Source: Lysobacterales bacterium (GTDB taxonomy: Bacteria > Pseudomonadota > Gammaproteobacteria > Xanthomonadales > SZUA-5). Taken from it: a stretch of 64,000 bases of DNA. The position numbers were made by a program, and so were the translations under genes. Shown piece after piece: positions 1 through 8,370 of the stretch. Position 1 is the stretch's first letter. Every line of letters begins with the position of its first letter. The notes beneath the pieces are model-generated. The model did not search any database. It was not told where the DNA came from and saw only the letters and a list, made by a program, of their open reading frames with translations. The stretch is taken from NCBI GenBank assembly GCA_050250665.1, contig JBFWOF010000019.1, forward strand, positions 10,455-74,454, written 5' to 3'.

Positions 1-3
1 TGG

Positions 4-1353
4 GTGCACGTGCAGCGCGTACCCAAGGCGCAGACGCAGCCACCGCGACCGATCGCGCTGGGCGTGTCTGCGATGTTGCTGCTGCTGGCCCTGCTGCAGC
101 CGGTATTCAGTCAGGGCGGGACGGCCGACCTTGCCACCGAAGTGCAGACGGTGGCGCTGGACTGGTTGATTCTGCCGATCTACCCCTTGTTCGACGCCTG
201 GCCGGCATCCGCGGTATGGGCGCTGGTGATTTCCCTCACCGGGCTGTTGACGGCGCTGCCGTGGTTGGCGGCGCGTCGATCCTCTGCAGCCGGGCAACTG
301 CGCATGCAGCTGCATCCGGGCACCCACGAGGTGTTGCTGAGGCCCGGAGAGACGGTACTGGAAGCAGGACTGCGCGCGGGGCTGAGTCTGCCCTACGAAT
401 GCCGCAACGGTGGCTGCGGTCTGTGCCTGTGTACCGTGCTCAACGGTCGGATAGACCCGGGGCCGTTCCAGCCGGCGGCGCTGAGCGCCGAGCAGCGCGC
501 CCAGGGCCAGGCCCTGATGTGTTGCGCCATGCCGCTGGAAGACGTGGAGATCGAGATACCCGTTTCCAGTCTGGATCCCGACGGCACTGGCGCGATGCGC
601 GTATACACCGCGCGGGTGCAGCGTATGGAAAAGCTCGGTCCGGCGGTGATGCGCGTGTGGCTGGCGCTGCCGGTCGGGCAGAGCCTGGACTTCGGACCGG
701 GCCAGTATCTCAACATCATTCTGGAGGACGGTGCCCGCAGGGCCTTTTCCTTTGCCAACGCGCCACATGACAACGCCCTGATCGAGCTGCACTTCCGGCT
801 GATTCCGGGCGGTCGCTACACCACCCACGTGTTTGAACAGATGCGGATCGGCGATGAAGTGCGCCTCGAAGGACCTTGCGGGACGGTCTTCGCTCATCCA
901 CAGCCGAGCCCGCCCGGAAATCTTTCAGATGCCACGACGACTGGTGCCGGCCGAACCCTGCTGTTGATTGCTGGCGCCACCGGATTCGCGCCGATCAAGA
1001 GCATTCTCGAGGACGCCTTTCATCGCGGCATCGGGCGGCGCATGGTGCTGTATTGGGGTGTCAGGGCGCCGAGCGACTGCTATCTGCTGGATCTCGCCGA
1101 GGCCTGGCAACGGCAGCATCCGAATTTCAGCGTGGTGCCGGTGCTGTCGGAGCCCGAGTTGGCGCCCGCGTGGCCCGGCCGCACCGGGCTGGTCCATGAA
1201 GCCATGCTCGCCGACTTCCCCGACCTGAGGGGCGTTGATGTGTACGTCTGCGGCTCGGTGAAGATGGTGGAACACGCGGTGCCTGAGTTTCTGGCCCATG
1301 GCCTCGGCGCCGAGGCTTGCTTTACCGATGCCTTCCATGCGGCGGCCCGATGA
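4..1353 (+). CDS. membrane-anchored 2Fe-2S ferredoxin / FAD-NAD(P)H oxidoreductase (FNR-like fusion)
   Basis: 449-aa ORF. Plant-type 2Fe-2S cysteine cluster CRNGGCGLCLC plus CCAMP. FNR-type FAD motif RAFSFAN and GGRYTTHVF. NAD-binding LLLIAGATGFAPIKS. C-terminal VYVCGSVKM. The N-terminal ~95 aa are hydrophobic. The frame is open to base 1, so the true 5' end may lie outside the window. Confidence 0.85.
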   Translation: MHVQRVPKAQTQPPRPIALGVSAMLLLLALLQPVFSQGGTADLATEVQTVALDWLILPIYPLFDAWPASAVWALVISLTGLLTALPWLAARRSSAAGQLRMQLHPGTHEVLLRPGETVLEAGLRAGLSLPYECRNGGCGLCLCTVLNGRIDPGPFQPAALSAEQRAQGQALMCCAMPLEDVEIEIPVSSLDPDGTGAMRVYTARVQRMEKLGPAVMRVWLALPVGQSLDFGPGQYLNIILEDGARRAFSFANAPHDNALIELHFRLIPGGRYTTHVFEQMRIGDEVRLEGPCGTVFAHPQPSPPGNLSDATTTGAGRTLLLIAGATGFAPIKSILEDAFHRGIGRRMVLYWGVRAPSDCYLLDLAEAWQRQHPNFSVVPVLSEPELAPAWPGRTGLVHEAMLADFPDLRGVDVYVCGSVKMVEHAVPEFLAHGLGAEACFTDAFHAAAR

Positions 1354-1429
1354 CTCCGGCTTGACCCGGGTCATTTTCCTCGCCGGCAGGCGGCGCCTAG
1401 TCTGATATCGACCACAAGGAGTCCCCGTC

Positions 1430-1747
1430 ATGAGTGAACACGATGCCACCCGCCGCCGCTTTCTGATGCAGGCCGCCGTTGCCGCCAGTACCTTCCCGCT
1501 ACTGGCAACCATGGCGACCAGACCAGCGCAGGCGGCACTGCCACCACTGCCGCTGAGCAACGCCCAGGCCAAGGCGCTGAACTACGCCGAAGACGCAACG
1601 ACGGTGAAGAACCCGATGTTCAAGGCCGGCAGCGATTGCGCCAACTGCCAGTTCTTCACCGCGGATACCGGCGCTTGCGCCATCTTCCCGGGCTTCGCGG
1701 TCAACCCCAAGGGCTGGTGCTCCGGCTGGGCCCTGAAGAAGCCCTGA
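1430..1747 (+). CDS. high-potential iron-sulfur protein (HiPIP), Tat-exported
   Basis: 105 aa. Twin-arginine signal TRRRFLMQAAVAAS...AQA. HiPIP cysteine pattern CANCQFF...GACAIF...GWCSGW. Confidence 0.9.
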   Translation: MSEHDATRRRFLMQAAVAASTFPLLATMATRPAQAALPPLPLSNAQAKALNYAEDATTVKNPMFKAGSDCANCQFFTADTGACAIFPGFAVNPKGWCSGWALKKP

Positions 1748-1798
1748 GGCTGGCCCCGGCTGCGGCTTTCCATGAGCCCATATCGCAGGTTGTTGATT

Positions 1799-1831
1799 CG
1801 GCGTCAGCGTGGGCGCAACGCCGGCTTTTTT
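1799..1831 (+). terminator. putative Rho-independent terminator after HiPIP
   Basis: Stem CGGCGT (1799-1804) pairs with ACGCCG (1818-1823), followed by a run of 6 T (1826-1831). Confidence 0.5.
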
Positions 1832-1836
1832 CACCG

Positions 1837-1910
1837 GTAGCAGCGCCCTTGCGGCGCGACCACTGCTGCGGACGAGCGGCTGGCCGGTCGCGACGCGAGG
1901 TCGCTCCTAC
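1837..1910. repeat. isolated REPIN (family A: GTAGGAGCG-hairpin arms in inverted orientation)
   Basis: GGTAGCAGCGCCCTTGCGGCGCGACC ... GGTCGCGACGCGAGGTCGCTCCTAC. Same two arms as the arrays at 22101-23610 and 54612-55052. Confidence 0.85.
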
Positions 1911-2107
1911 CGGCAGCTTGTAGTTCATGGCTCTTGGGCAGTGTCGGGCCGATAAGGGTGGCTCGCAACGAACTGCGGCGGCAACCCAGATGCCATGGCG
2001 TTGCGGCGGCTTGATCACGCCCTCGGCGCGGCACAGCCGGTTGAACGCACGAAGCTGAGGTCGACAAGCGCCTATGCTTGGACGCATGTACCCGATCCGA
2101 GGCGCCC

Positions 2108-2860
2108 ATGAGCTTGACCGATGCCCGAATTGCGCTGGCCTGTCTGGACCTGACTTCGCTGGGTGAGGACGACACGCCAGCCACCGCAGCTGCGCTGGCC
2201 AAGCGTGCACACACGCCCTATGGCACGCCAGCGGCGATCTGTGTCTATCCCGAACTGATCCTGGCCACGCGCATGAGCCTGATGCGCGAGGGCATCCCGC
2301 AGGTACGGGTGGCGACCGTGGTCAATTTCCCTGACGGCTCAGCCGATGCCGAGCGCGCCGACAACGAAACCCGGCGGGCGCTGGCGGCAGGTGCCGACGA
2401 GATTGATCTGGTGTTTCCCTGGCGGGCCTTCCAGGCCGGCGAGCGCGAGGCTTCGCAGGCTTTGGTGGCGCGCGTGAAAGCCCGTTGCAGCAAGGCCGAG
2501 CTCAAGGTGATTCTGGAAAGCTCGGCTTTTGACGACCTCGAACAACTGCGCGCAGCCGCTGATTGCGCCATCGCCGGCGGCGCCGATTTTCTGAAGACTT
2601 CGACCGGCAAGGCCGGTGCCGCCGCCAGTCTGGTGGCCGCGCGCTGTCTGGGCGAAGCCATCCGCGCCGCGCCACGCCCGGTCGGTTTGAAGATCTCCGG
2701 TGGCGTGCGCACCCTGGCCGATGCCAGCCGCTATCTGGCCATTGCTTCCGAGATCTACGGCCGCGAGCGCGTGGTCCCGGCGCGGTTCCGCATCGGCGCC
2801 AGTGCGCTGCTGGACGAATTGCTGCCAGCGCTGGCGCTGGAGCCAGCCGACGAGGGTTGA
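2108..2860 (+). CDS. deoC: deoxyribose-phosphate aldolase (long, class II type)
   Basis: MSLTDARIALACLDLTSLGEDDT, ICVYP, VATVVNFPDG, DEIDLVFP, LKVILE, FLKTSTGK (Schiff-base lysine context). The ORF opens at 2078; the internal ATG at 2108 matches the usual DeoC N-terminus. Confidence 0.9.
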   Translation: MSLTDARIALACLDLTSLGEDDTPATAAALAKRAHTPYGTPAAICVYPELILATRMSLMREGIPQVRVATVVNFPDGSADAERADNETRRALAAGADEIDLVFPWRAFQAGEREASQALVARVKARCSKAELKVILESSAFDDLEQLRAAADCAIAGGADFLKTSTGKAGAAASLVAARCLGEAIRAAPRPVGLKISGGVRTLADASRYLAIASEIYGRERVVPARFRIGASALLDELLPALALEPADEG

Positions 2861-2867
2861 GGCGCTG

Positions 2868-3119
2868 AACGGACGTAGGCCGAGGGTGCCGCGCAGCGGC
2901 TCCTCAGCCTGCGTTGGCTCCTCTCCGTGAAACCATGTTGTAAGTTGTTGAAGCGTCATTGCGAGGAGCACAGCGACGAAGCAATCCAGACCGTCGTTGC
3001 AGGACCCTGGATTGCCAGACGGACGTAGACCGAGGCTGCCGTGGAGGGCGCCGCGCTGAGGGACCGCTTTGCCATGACCCGCGATCAAGAGCGGCCGCGC
3101 AGGCGCGCGTCCCTCCTCA
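2868..3119. repeat. repeat mosaic: truncated family-C element (2944-3016) plus family-B ~80-bp palindrome (3041-3119)
   Basis: C: GCGTCATTGCGAGGAGCACAGCGACGAAGCAATCCAG...CCCTGGATTGCC. B: GTGGAGGGCGCCGCGCTG...GATCAAGAGCGGCCGCGCAGGCGCGCGTCCCTCCTCA. The C copy is flanked by a 26-bp direct repeat, ACGGACGTAG(G/A)CCGAGG(G/C)TGCCG (2868-2893 and 3019-3043). Confidence 0.85.
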
Positions 3120-3145
3120 AGACTGCGCTGGACCAGGCTTCCACC

Positions 3146-3799
3146 CTACAACAACCTCTGAGTGATGGCCTTGAGCACGGCGTGGGTGCGATCGCGGCAG
3201 TCCAGTTTCACCAGAATGTCGGACATGTAGTTCTTGACCGTGCCCTCGGACAGATGCAGCGAGCGGCCGATTTCCTTGTTGGAATAGCCGCCGGCCACCA
3301 GCCTGAGGATGCTGGCTTCACGCTCGGTGAGATGCAGTCTGGGGCCGATGTGGGCTTCGGGACGCCGCAGCGCCCGCACCGGGCCCAGGCTCACTGGTTG
3401 CAGCAGGGTATCGCCGCCGGCGACCTTGACGATGGCCTCGGCCAGATCCTCGGGCGAGGCGTCCTTCAGCAGGAAGCCTTGGGCACCGGCTTCCACGGCG
3501 GCCAGCATCAGCTCGCTGTCGTCGAAAGTGGTCAGCAGGATCACCGGCGTGGCGTTGCCGGCCTCGCGCAGTCGTTCGATCAGCTCGATGCCACCGACAC
3601 CGGGCATGCGGATATCGCTGACGATGACGTCTACCGGCCGCTGCGGCAGCGCGCTCAGCAGCTGCTCGCCATCGCTGGCTTCGAGTGCGATCTCGATGCC
3701 GGCCAGGCCATTCAGCAGCGCCGACAGCCCTTTCAGCACCAGGGCCTGATCGTCGACCAGGGCGATGCGGATGTTGCTCGCCGGCAGCGACTCAGCCAT
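3146..3799 (-). CDS. NarL/FixJ (LuxR-type HTH) response regulator
   Basis: 217 aa. Receiver domain (IRIALVDDQ..., DVIVSDIRMPG). C-terminal LuxR HTH (LTEREASILRLVAGGYSNKEIGRSLHLSEGTVKNYMSDIL). Overlaps the upstream kinase gene by 8 nt. Confidence 0.9.
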   Translation of the reverse strand: MAESLPASNIRIALVDDQALVLKGLSALLNGLAGIEIALEASDGEQLLSALPQRPVDVIVSDIRMPGVGGIELIERLREAGNATPVILLTTFDDSELMLAAVEAGAQGFLLKDASPEDLAEAIVKVAGGDTLLQPVSLGPVRALRRPEAHIGPRLHLTEREASILRLVAGGYSNKEIGRSLHLSEGTVKNYMSDILVKLDCRDRTHAVLKAITQRLL

Positions 3800-4949
3800 G
3801 GGCAGGCAGCTCCGCGGTCAGCAATGCACCACCGCCGCTGAGCGCGGTCAGCGAGAGTTCGCCGCCGGCCTCGGCCAGACGCTCGCGCATGCCGCGCAGA
3901 CCGTTGCCGAAGCGGATGTTCTTGAGCATGGCACCGTCATTGCGTATCGCCAGCTCGATCCGCTCGCCCGTGCGCCGGCAACGCACCTGGATTTCATTGG
4001 CGCGCCCATGCCGCAGCGCATTGGTGATGCCTTCCTGGGCGCAGCGCAGCAGGATTTCGGCGCTGTCGAGATCAGCCACCCGCAGCGATGGGTCAATGTC
4101 CAGCTGGAAGCGGGTGCCGGGAATCTGGCGGGTCAGGGTGGTGATCGCGGCGGGCAGATCGATGCCGTCGTGCTTGCGCAGTTCGCTGACGACGGCGCGG
4201 ATATCGGCCAGCAATTCGTCGGCCAGGGTTGCGGAGACCTTGACCTCTTCACGATCGGCGAGCGCCGGATCGCGCTGCAGCAGTCGGAGGTTGAGTTTCA
4301 AGGCGGTGAGCTTGTGGCCGGCAACATCGTGCAACTCTCGAGACAGTCGCAGGCGTTCGCCGCTGCGGGCGCTGTCTTCCAGCAACTGCTGGGTCACCAG
4401 CAACTGGGCGTGGGTCTGTGCCAGCTGCTCGCGCGCTGTTTCGGCATTCATGGCGTAGTGCACGGTCAGCGCGGCAAAGGTCTGGAAACCCATCATCGGC
4501 ACCAGCGACAGCAGGGCGCTCGTCCAGGAGATGCCCTGTATCCAGATCGCCAGCAGCAGCAGATTGCACAACAACATGATCAAGATGGCCTGAGTGCGCG
4601 GCCACAGCGCAACCACCTGCCCGGCGACGATGATCAACAGGATGGCCGGCCCGCCATGGCGCAGGTACCAGCTGGCCAGCAGCACCAGAGCCGCCTGCAT
4701 CAACACCAGAATGCGCTCACGGCGGAGCTGCCCGGCTCGCGCCAGCAGACTGCAGACCACATAGACCACCAGCACGCCGGTCAGGGCGCCCAGACCCGCC
4801 CATTGGCGCGGATCTGCATCGGCCAGGCGGTTCCAGCGAATGGATTGCAGCATCACCGCGAACCAGGTGATGTAGGCCGCGAGATTCAGCGGCGACAGCC
4901 AGGAGCCATGCCAGGGCGAATCGGAATGGATCGGATCTTCGCTACTCAT
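3792..4949 (-). CDS. sensor histidine kinase (HisKA_3 / NarX-DegS type)
   Basis: 385 aa. About 5 N-terminal TM helices. H-box ELHDVAGHKLTAL. ATPase region ITNALRHG...GNGLRGMRERL. Confidence 0.85.
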   Translation of the reverse strand: MSSEDPIHSDSPWHGSWLSPLNLAAYITWFAVMLQSIRWNRLADADPRQWAGLGALTGVLVVYVVCSLLARAGQLRRERILVLMQAALVLLASWYLRHGGPAILLIIVAGQVVALWPRTQAILIMLLCNLLLLAIWIQGISWTSALLSLVPMMGFQTFAALTVHYAMNAETAREQLAQTHAQLLVTQQLLEDSARSGERLRLSRELHDVAGHKLTALKLNLRLLQRDPALADREEVKVSATLADELLADIRAVVSELRKHDGIDLPAAITTLTRQIPGTRFQLDIDPSLRVADLDSAEILLRCAQEGITNALRHGRANEIQVRCRRTGERIELAIRNDGAMLKNIRFGNGLRGMRERLAEAGGELSLTALSGGGALLTAELPAHG

Positions 4950-5096
4950 GGACCCAGTTTAGCCCGATGCGCCCCGGCGCCGGCGCTGACTTGAGCAAGT
5001 GGTGACTTTCCTCACCCCTCGCGGGTGACGGCTTGCACCTGCCGACAAGGGGCGCCAAAGCCGATGCTGGACTCATCACCCAACCGCGAGTTCGCC

Positions 5097-5528
5097 ATGA
5101 AATCCAGTCTCTCCGCCCTTGGTCTTCTGCTCTCGATTGCCGCCACCGGTGGCGCCGATGCCGCATCGTTGACCGTCGATATCGGCAATCGCCTGAAACC
5201 CGGCGAGACGCTGATGGTCGCCGTCTACGATGACGCCAACAGCTGGCTGAAGAAGCCGCTGCGGGCGATCAGAGAGGCCGCGCCGGCGGCGGTCGGTGCT
5301 TCCGGCCGCCATCAGTTGACCCTCGAAGGCTTGCCGCCGGGTCGCTACGCGCTGTCGGTCTACGTAGACCGCAACGGCAATGGCAAGCTCGATCGCGGCA
5401 TGTTCGGGATTCCCAGTGAACCCTACGGTTTCAGTCAGGGCGGCGGCAGCATGGGCCCGCCGGACTTCAGTGACGCCGCGGTCGAGCTGACGGAAGCAGA
5501 CGCCACCATTCCCATCAAACTGCGCTGA
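5097..5528 (+). CDS. DUF2141-family secreted protein
   Basis: Signal peptide MKSSLSALGLLLSIAATGGADA. Signature YALSVYVDRNGNGKLDRGMFGIPSEPYGFS. ATG at 5097 chosen over the ORF opening at 5025. Confidence 0.8.
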   Translation: MKSSLSALGLLLSIAATGGADAASLTVDIGNRLKPGETLMVAVYDDANSWLKKPLRAIREAAPAAVGASGRHQLTLEGLPPGRYALSVYVDRNGNGKLDRGMFGIPSEPYGFSQGGGSMGPPDFSDAAVELTEADATIPIKLR

Positions 5529-5544
5529 GCAGGAGCAAACTGCC

Positions 5545-6273
5545 ATGGACACCTATCACTATCTGGTGCTTGCGCACATCGCTGCCGGCAGCATCGCGCT
5601 GCTGACCTTCTGGATCGCCGCCATCGCCCGCAAGGGCAGCCCGCTGCACAAACGCGTCGGCAAGTACTACCTGCTGGCGATGATCGGCATTGTGGCCACT
5701 GCCTTGCCGATGGCCCTAGTGTTTGTGGCCCGCGGCCGCTTGGGCGTCGGGGTGTTTCTGGGCTATCTGGTGGTCATCACCGCCTCGGGCATGTGGTTGT
5801 CCTGGCGCTCGATCCAGCTCAAGCGTGATCGTCCGGGCTATTTCAATCCACGCTTCCGCCAGGTGGCCTGGTTGAATCTGCTTGCGGGTCTGGCGGTCTT
5901 TGGCGTGGGTCTGCAACTGGGCAGCGCCTTGCTGATGGGTTTCTGCTGGGTCGGCGTGATCATCGGCATCGGCATGTTGCGGCGCGCGGGCAATCCGCCA
6001 GCCATGGCCAACTGGTGGTTGCGCGAACACTATGGATCCATGCTGGGCAACGGCGTCGCGACCCATATCGCCTTCCTCGGCATCGGCCTGAACGGATTTC
6101 TGGCCAGCTTCGGCATTCCTTCGCTGATGCTGCTGCCGTGGTTCGCACCCCTGCTGGTGGCGGGCGTAGCCGCGGTCTATCTGGATCGGCGCTATGGCGG
6201 GCAGAAAACGGCCCGACGACCGAGCACCCCGCTTCCTGTGGGAGCGGGCTCTGCCCGCGAACTGTCGCCCTGA
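5545..6273 (+). CDS. hypothetical polytopic membrane protein
   Basis: 242 aa with about 6 hydrophobic helices. No family motif that I can name with confidence. Confidence 0.6.
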   Translation: MDTYHYLVLAHIAAGSIALLTFWIAAIARKGSPLHKRVGKYYLLAMIGIVATALPMALVFVARGRLGVGVFLGYLVVITASGMWLSWRSIQLKRDRPGYFNPRFRQVAWLNLLAGLAVFGVGLQLGSALLMGFCWVGVIIGIGMLRRAGNPPAMANWWLREHYGSMLGNGVATHIAFLGIGLNGFLASFGIPSLMLLPWFAPLLVAGVAAVYLDRRYGGQKTARRPSTPLPVGAGSARELSP

Positions 6274-6591
6274 GGTACAGAGCGCCGGCGGACGCCTTGT
6301 GGAGGGCGCCGCGCTGCGGCGCCGCTTTGCCCGGCCTGGAGATCAAGAGCGGCCGCGCAGGCGCGCGGCCCTCCTCAGAGCCGCTGCGCTATCAACACCT
6401 GTCGCAAGTTTTTGATGCGTCATTGCGAGGAGTGCAGCGACGAAGCAATCCAGGGTATGGGCGCACGCCCCTGGATTGCTTCCCCCGGAACAAGTCCGGG
6501 GTCGCAATGACGCCGGGCTCTGGTGGGTCCGGACTTGTCCGGACGCTTCAGGAGCGCCTGAGCAGGAGCGTCCAGACAAGTCTGGACCTAC
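6236..6591. repeat. repeat mosaic: family I REP (6236-6262), B palindrome (6299-6377), C element (6408-6512), D REPIN (6522-6591)
   Basis: I: TGTGGGAGCGGGCTCTGCCCGCGA. B and C match the copies at 3041, 11441 and 19012 (B) and 2944 and 11563 (C). D: GGTGGGTCCGGACTTGTCCGGACGCTTC...GAGCGTCCAGACAAGTCTGGACCTAC. Confidence 0.9.
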
Positions 6592-6682
6592 AGCGCCCGT
6601 AGCCTTCCTGTGCCCCGTACCCCGTGCCCCGCTCAAGCTCCCGTATACTCGCCGGCCTCCTTTCTCCCGCTGACGCCTGCGT

Positions 6683-7579
6683 ATGTCTGCCCCGACCTTT
6701 CAGGACATCATCACCCGACTGAACGCCTACTGGGCCAATCAGGGCTGCGTGCTGATCCAGCCGCTGGACACCGAAGTTGGCGCCGGCACCTTTCATCCGG
6801 CGACCTTTCTGCGCAGCCTGGGCCCGGAGCCGTGGAATGCGGCCTATGTGCAGCCTTCGCGCCGCCCGACCGACGGTCGCTATGGCGAGAATCCCAATCG
6901 CTTGCAGCACTACTACCAGTATCAGGTGATTCTGAAGCCCTCGCCGAAGAACATTCTCGAACTCTATTTCGGTTCGCTGGTGGCGCTGGGTATCGATCCG
7001 CTGGTGCACGATCTGCGCCTGGTCGAGGACAACTGGGAATCGCCGACGCTGGGCGCCTGGGGTCTGGGTTGGGAAGTGTGGCTCAACGGCATGGAAGTCA
7101 CCCAGTTCACCTATTTCCAGCAGGCCGGCGGCATCGAGTGCAAGCCGGTCTCGGGTGAGATCACCTACGGTCTGGAACGCCTGGCGATGTATCTGCAGAA
7201 CGTCGAGAATGTCTACGATCTGGTCTGGACCACGGGTCCGCAGGGCGTGGTCAGCTATGGCGATGTGTTCCTGCAGAACGAGATCGAGCAGAGCGCCTAC
7301 AACTTCGAAGCCGCCAATGTGGCCGAGCTCTTTCACGCCTTCGATGCCCACGAAGCCGAGGCCAAGGCGCTGGTCGAACGCGGTCTGCCGCTGCCGGCCT
7401 ACGATCAGGTCTGCAAGGCCAGTCACAGCTTCAATCTGCTCGACGCCCGTCGCGCCATCAGCGTGACCGAGCGGCAGCGCTACATCCTGCGTGTGCGCAC
7501 CATCGCCAAGGCGGTGGCCGAGGCCTATTACGCCCAGCGCGAGAAGCTCGGCTTTCCGGGCGTGAAGAAGGCGGCCTGA
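6683..7579 (+). CDS. glyQ: glycine--tRNA ligase alpha subunit
   Basis: 298 aa. [58 protein letters not shown]. Unmistakable GlyQ. Confidence 0.97.
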   Translation: MSAPTFQDIITRLNAYWANQGCVLIQPLDTEVGAGTFHPATFLRSLGPEPWNAAYVQPSRRPTDGRYGENPNRLQHYYQYQVILKPSPKNILELYFGSLVALGIDPLVHDLRLVEDNWESPTLGAWGLGWEVWLNGMEVTQFTYFQQAGGIECKPVSGEITYGLERLAMYLQNVENVYDLVWTTGPQGVVSYGDVFLQNEIEQSAYNFEAANVAELFHAFDAHEAEAKALVERGLPLPAYDQVCKASHSFNLLDARRAISVTERQRYILRVRTIAKAVAEAYYAQREKLGFPGVKKAA

Positions 7580-7676
7580 GATACCGGTGAGTCTGGACGC
7601 TGCGTCAGTCCGGACCCACCCGGGATCGCGGAAGCAGGCCGCTCAAGAGCGCTGACCTTGATGCTCCAAGATGCAG

Positions 7677-7700
7677 CCCTTATTATGGCTAACCCTTATT
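7677..7700 (+). promoter_or_regulatory. putative TA promoter/operator: two CCCTTATT direct repeats spanning a TATTAT -10-like hexamer
   Basis: CCCTTATT at 7677-7684 and 7693-7700, with TATTAT at 7681-7686. Lies in a locally AT-richer 133-bp spacer just upstream of the antitoxin ATG (7713). Confidence 0.3.
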
Positions 7701-7712
7701 GAGGGCCATGCA

Positions 7713-7964
7713 ATGACGAATGTGACCTTTTCGGTGGATGACGAACTGCTGCGCAAGGCACGCAAGGTCGCCGTTGATCGTGACACCACGGTGACCCAGA
7801 TGTTGCGCGGGTTCCTGGAGCAGCTGGTGGCCTCCGATGAGTCCATCGCCAGGCAGCGCGCTGAGGAATTCCGCCGCGTGACCCGGAAGCTGGCGCGCAA
7901 TGCAGGCGGCGTGAAGTTCAATCGCGAGGAACTCTATGACCGCGATGTGCTTCGTCGATACTAA
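7713..7964 (+). CDS. vapB: ribbon-helix-helix type II antitoxin (VapB-like)
   Basis: 83 aa from ATG 7713. MTNVTFSVDDELLRKARKVAVDRDTTVTQMLRGFLEQL fits a beta-strand/helix/helix RHH layout. Immediately precedes and overlaps a PIN toxin gene. Confidence 0.75.
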   Translation: MTNVTFSVDDELLRKARKVAVDRDTTVTQMLRGFLEQLVASDESIARQRAEEFRRVTRKLARNAGGVKFNREELYDRDVLRRY

Positions 7965-8370
7965 TGTGCTGGTCTACGCCAACGACTGGCAGCTGCCGCA
8001 CAAGCAGGCGCTGGCCTTCGATGCCATCGCTGAATTGCTTGAGCAGGAGCGTCTGGTGCTGTCGGTGCAGGTGCTGAATGAATTTGCCGCGACCTTGCTG
8101 AAGCCCCGTTTCGGATACGCGCTGGATGAAGTCCGCGAAGCCTTGGGGGTGTACCTGCGCAGTCCGCTGATTCCCATGGATGAAGCCTTGACGCTGCGCG
8201 CGCTGGACGCGCGCGAGCGCTACCAGATCTCGCTCTGGGACGGATTGATCGTCGCCGCCGCCGAGCGCGGTCGCTGCGCCGAGATTCTTACCGAAGATCT
8301 GAACCACGGGCAGGAGTACTTCGGAGTACGCGCCCGCAACCCTTTCCTTTCTGCTGTTTCGGAACTCTGA
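7936..8370 (+). CDS. vapC: PIN-domain ribonuclease toxin (VapC family)
   Basis: 144 aa. MCFVDTNVLVYA (first acidic residue), LNEFAATL, LWDGLIVAAAE, EDLNHGQ. Four conserved acidic positions in PIN spacing. The alternative ATG is at 7945. Confidence 0.85.
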   Translation: MTAMCFVDTNVLVYANDWQLPHKQALAFDAIAELLEQERLVLSVQVLNEFAATLLKPRFGYALDEVREALGVYLRSPLIPMDEALTLRALDARERYQISLWDGLIVAAAERGRCAEILTEDLNHGQEYFGVRARNPFLSAVSEL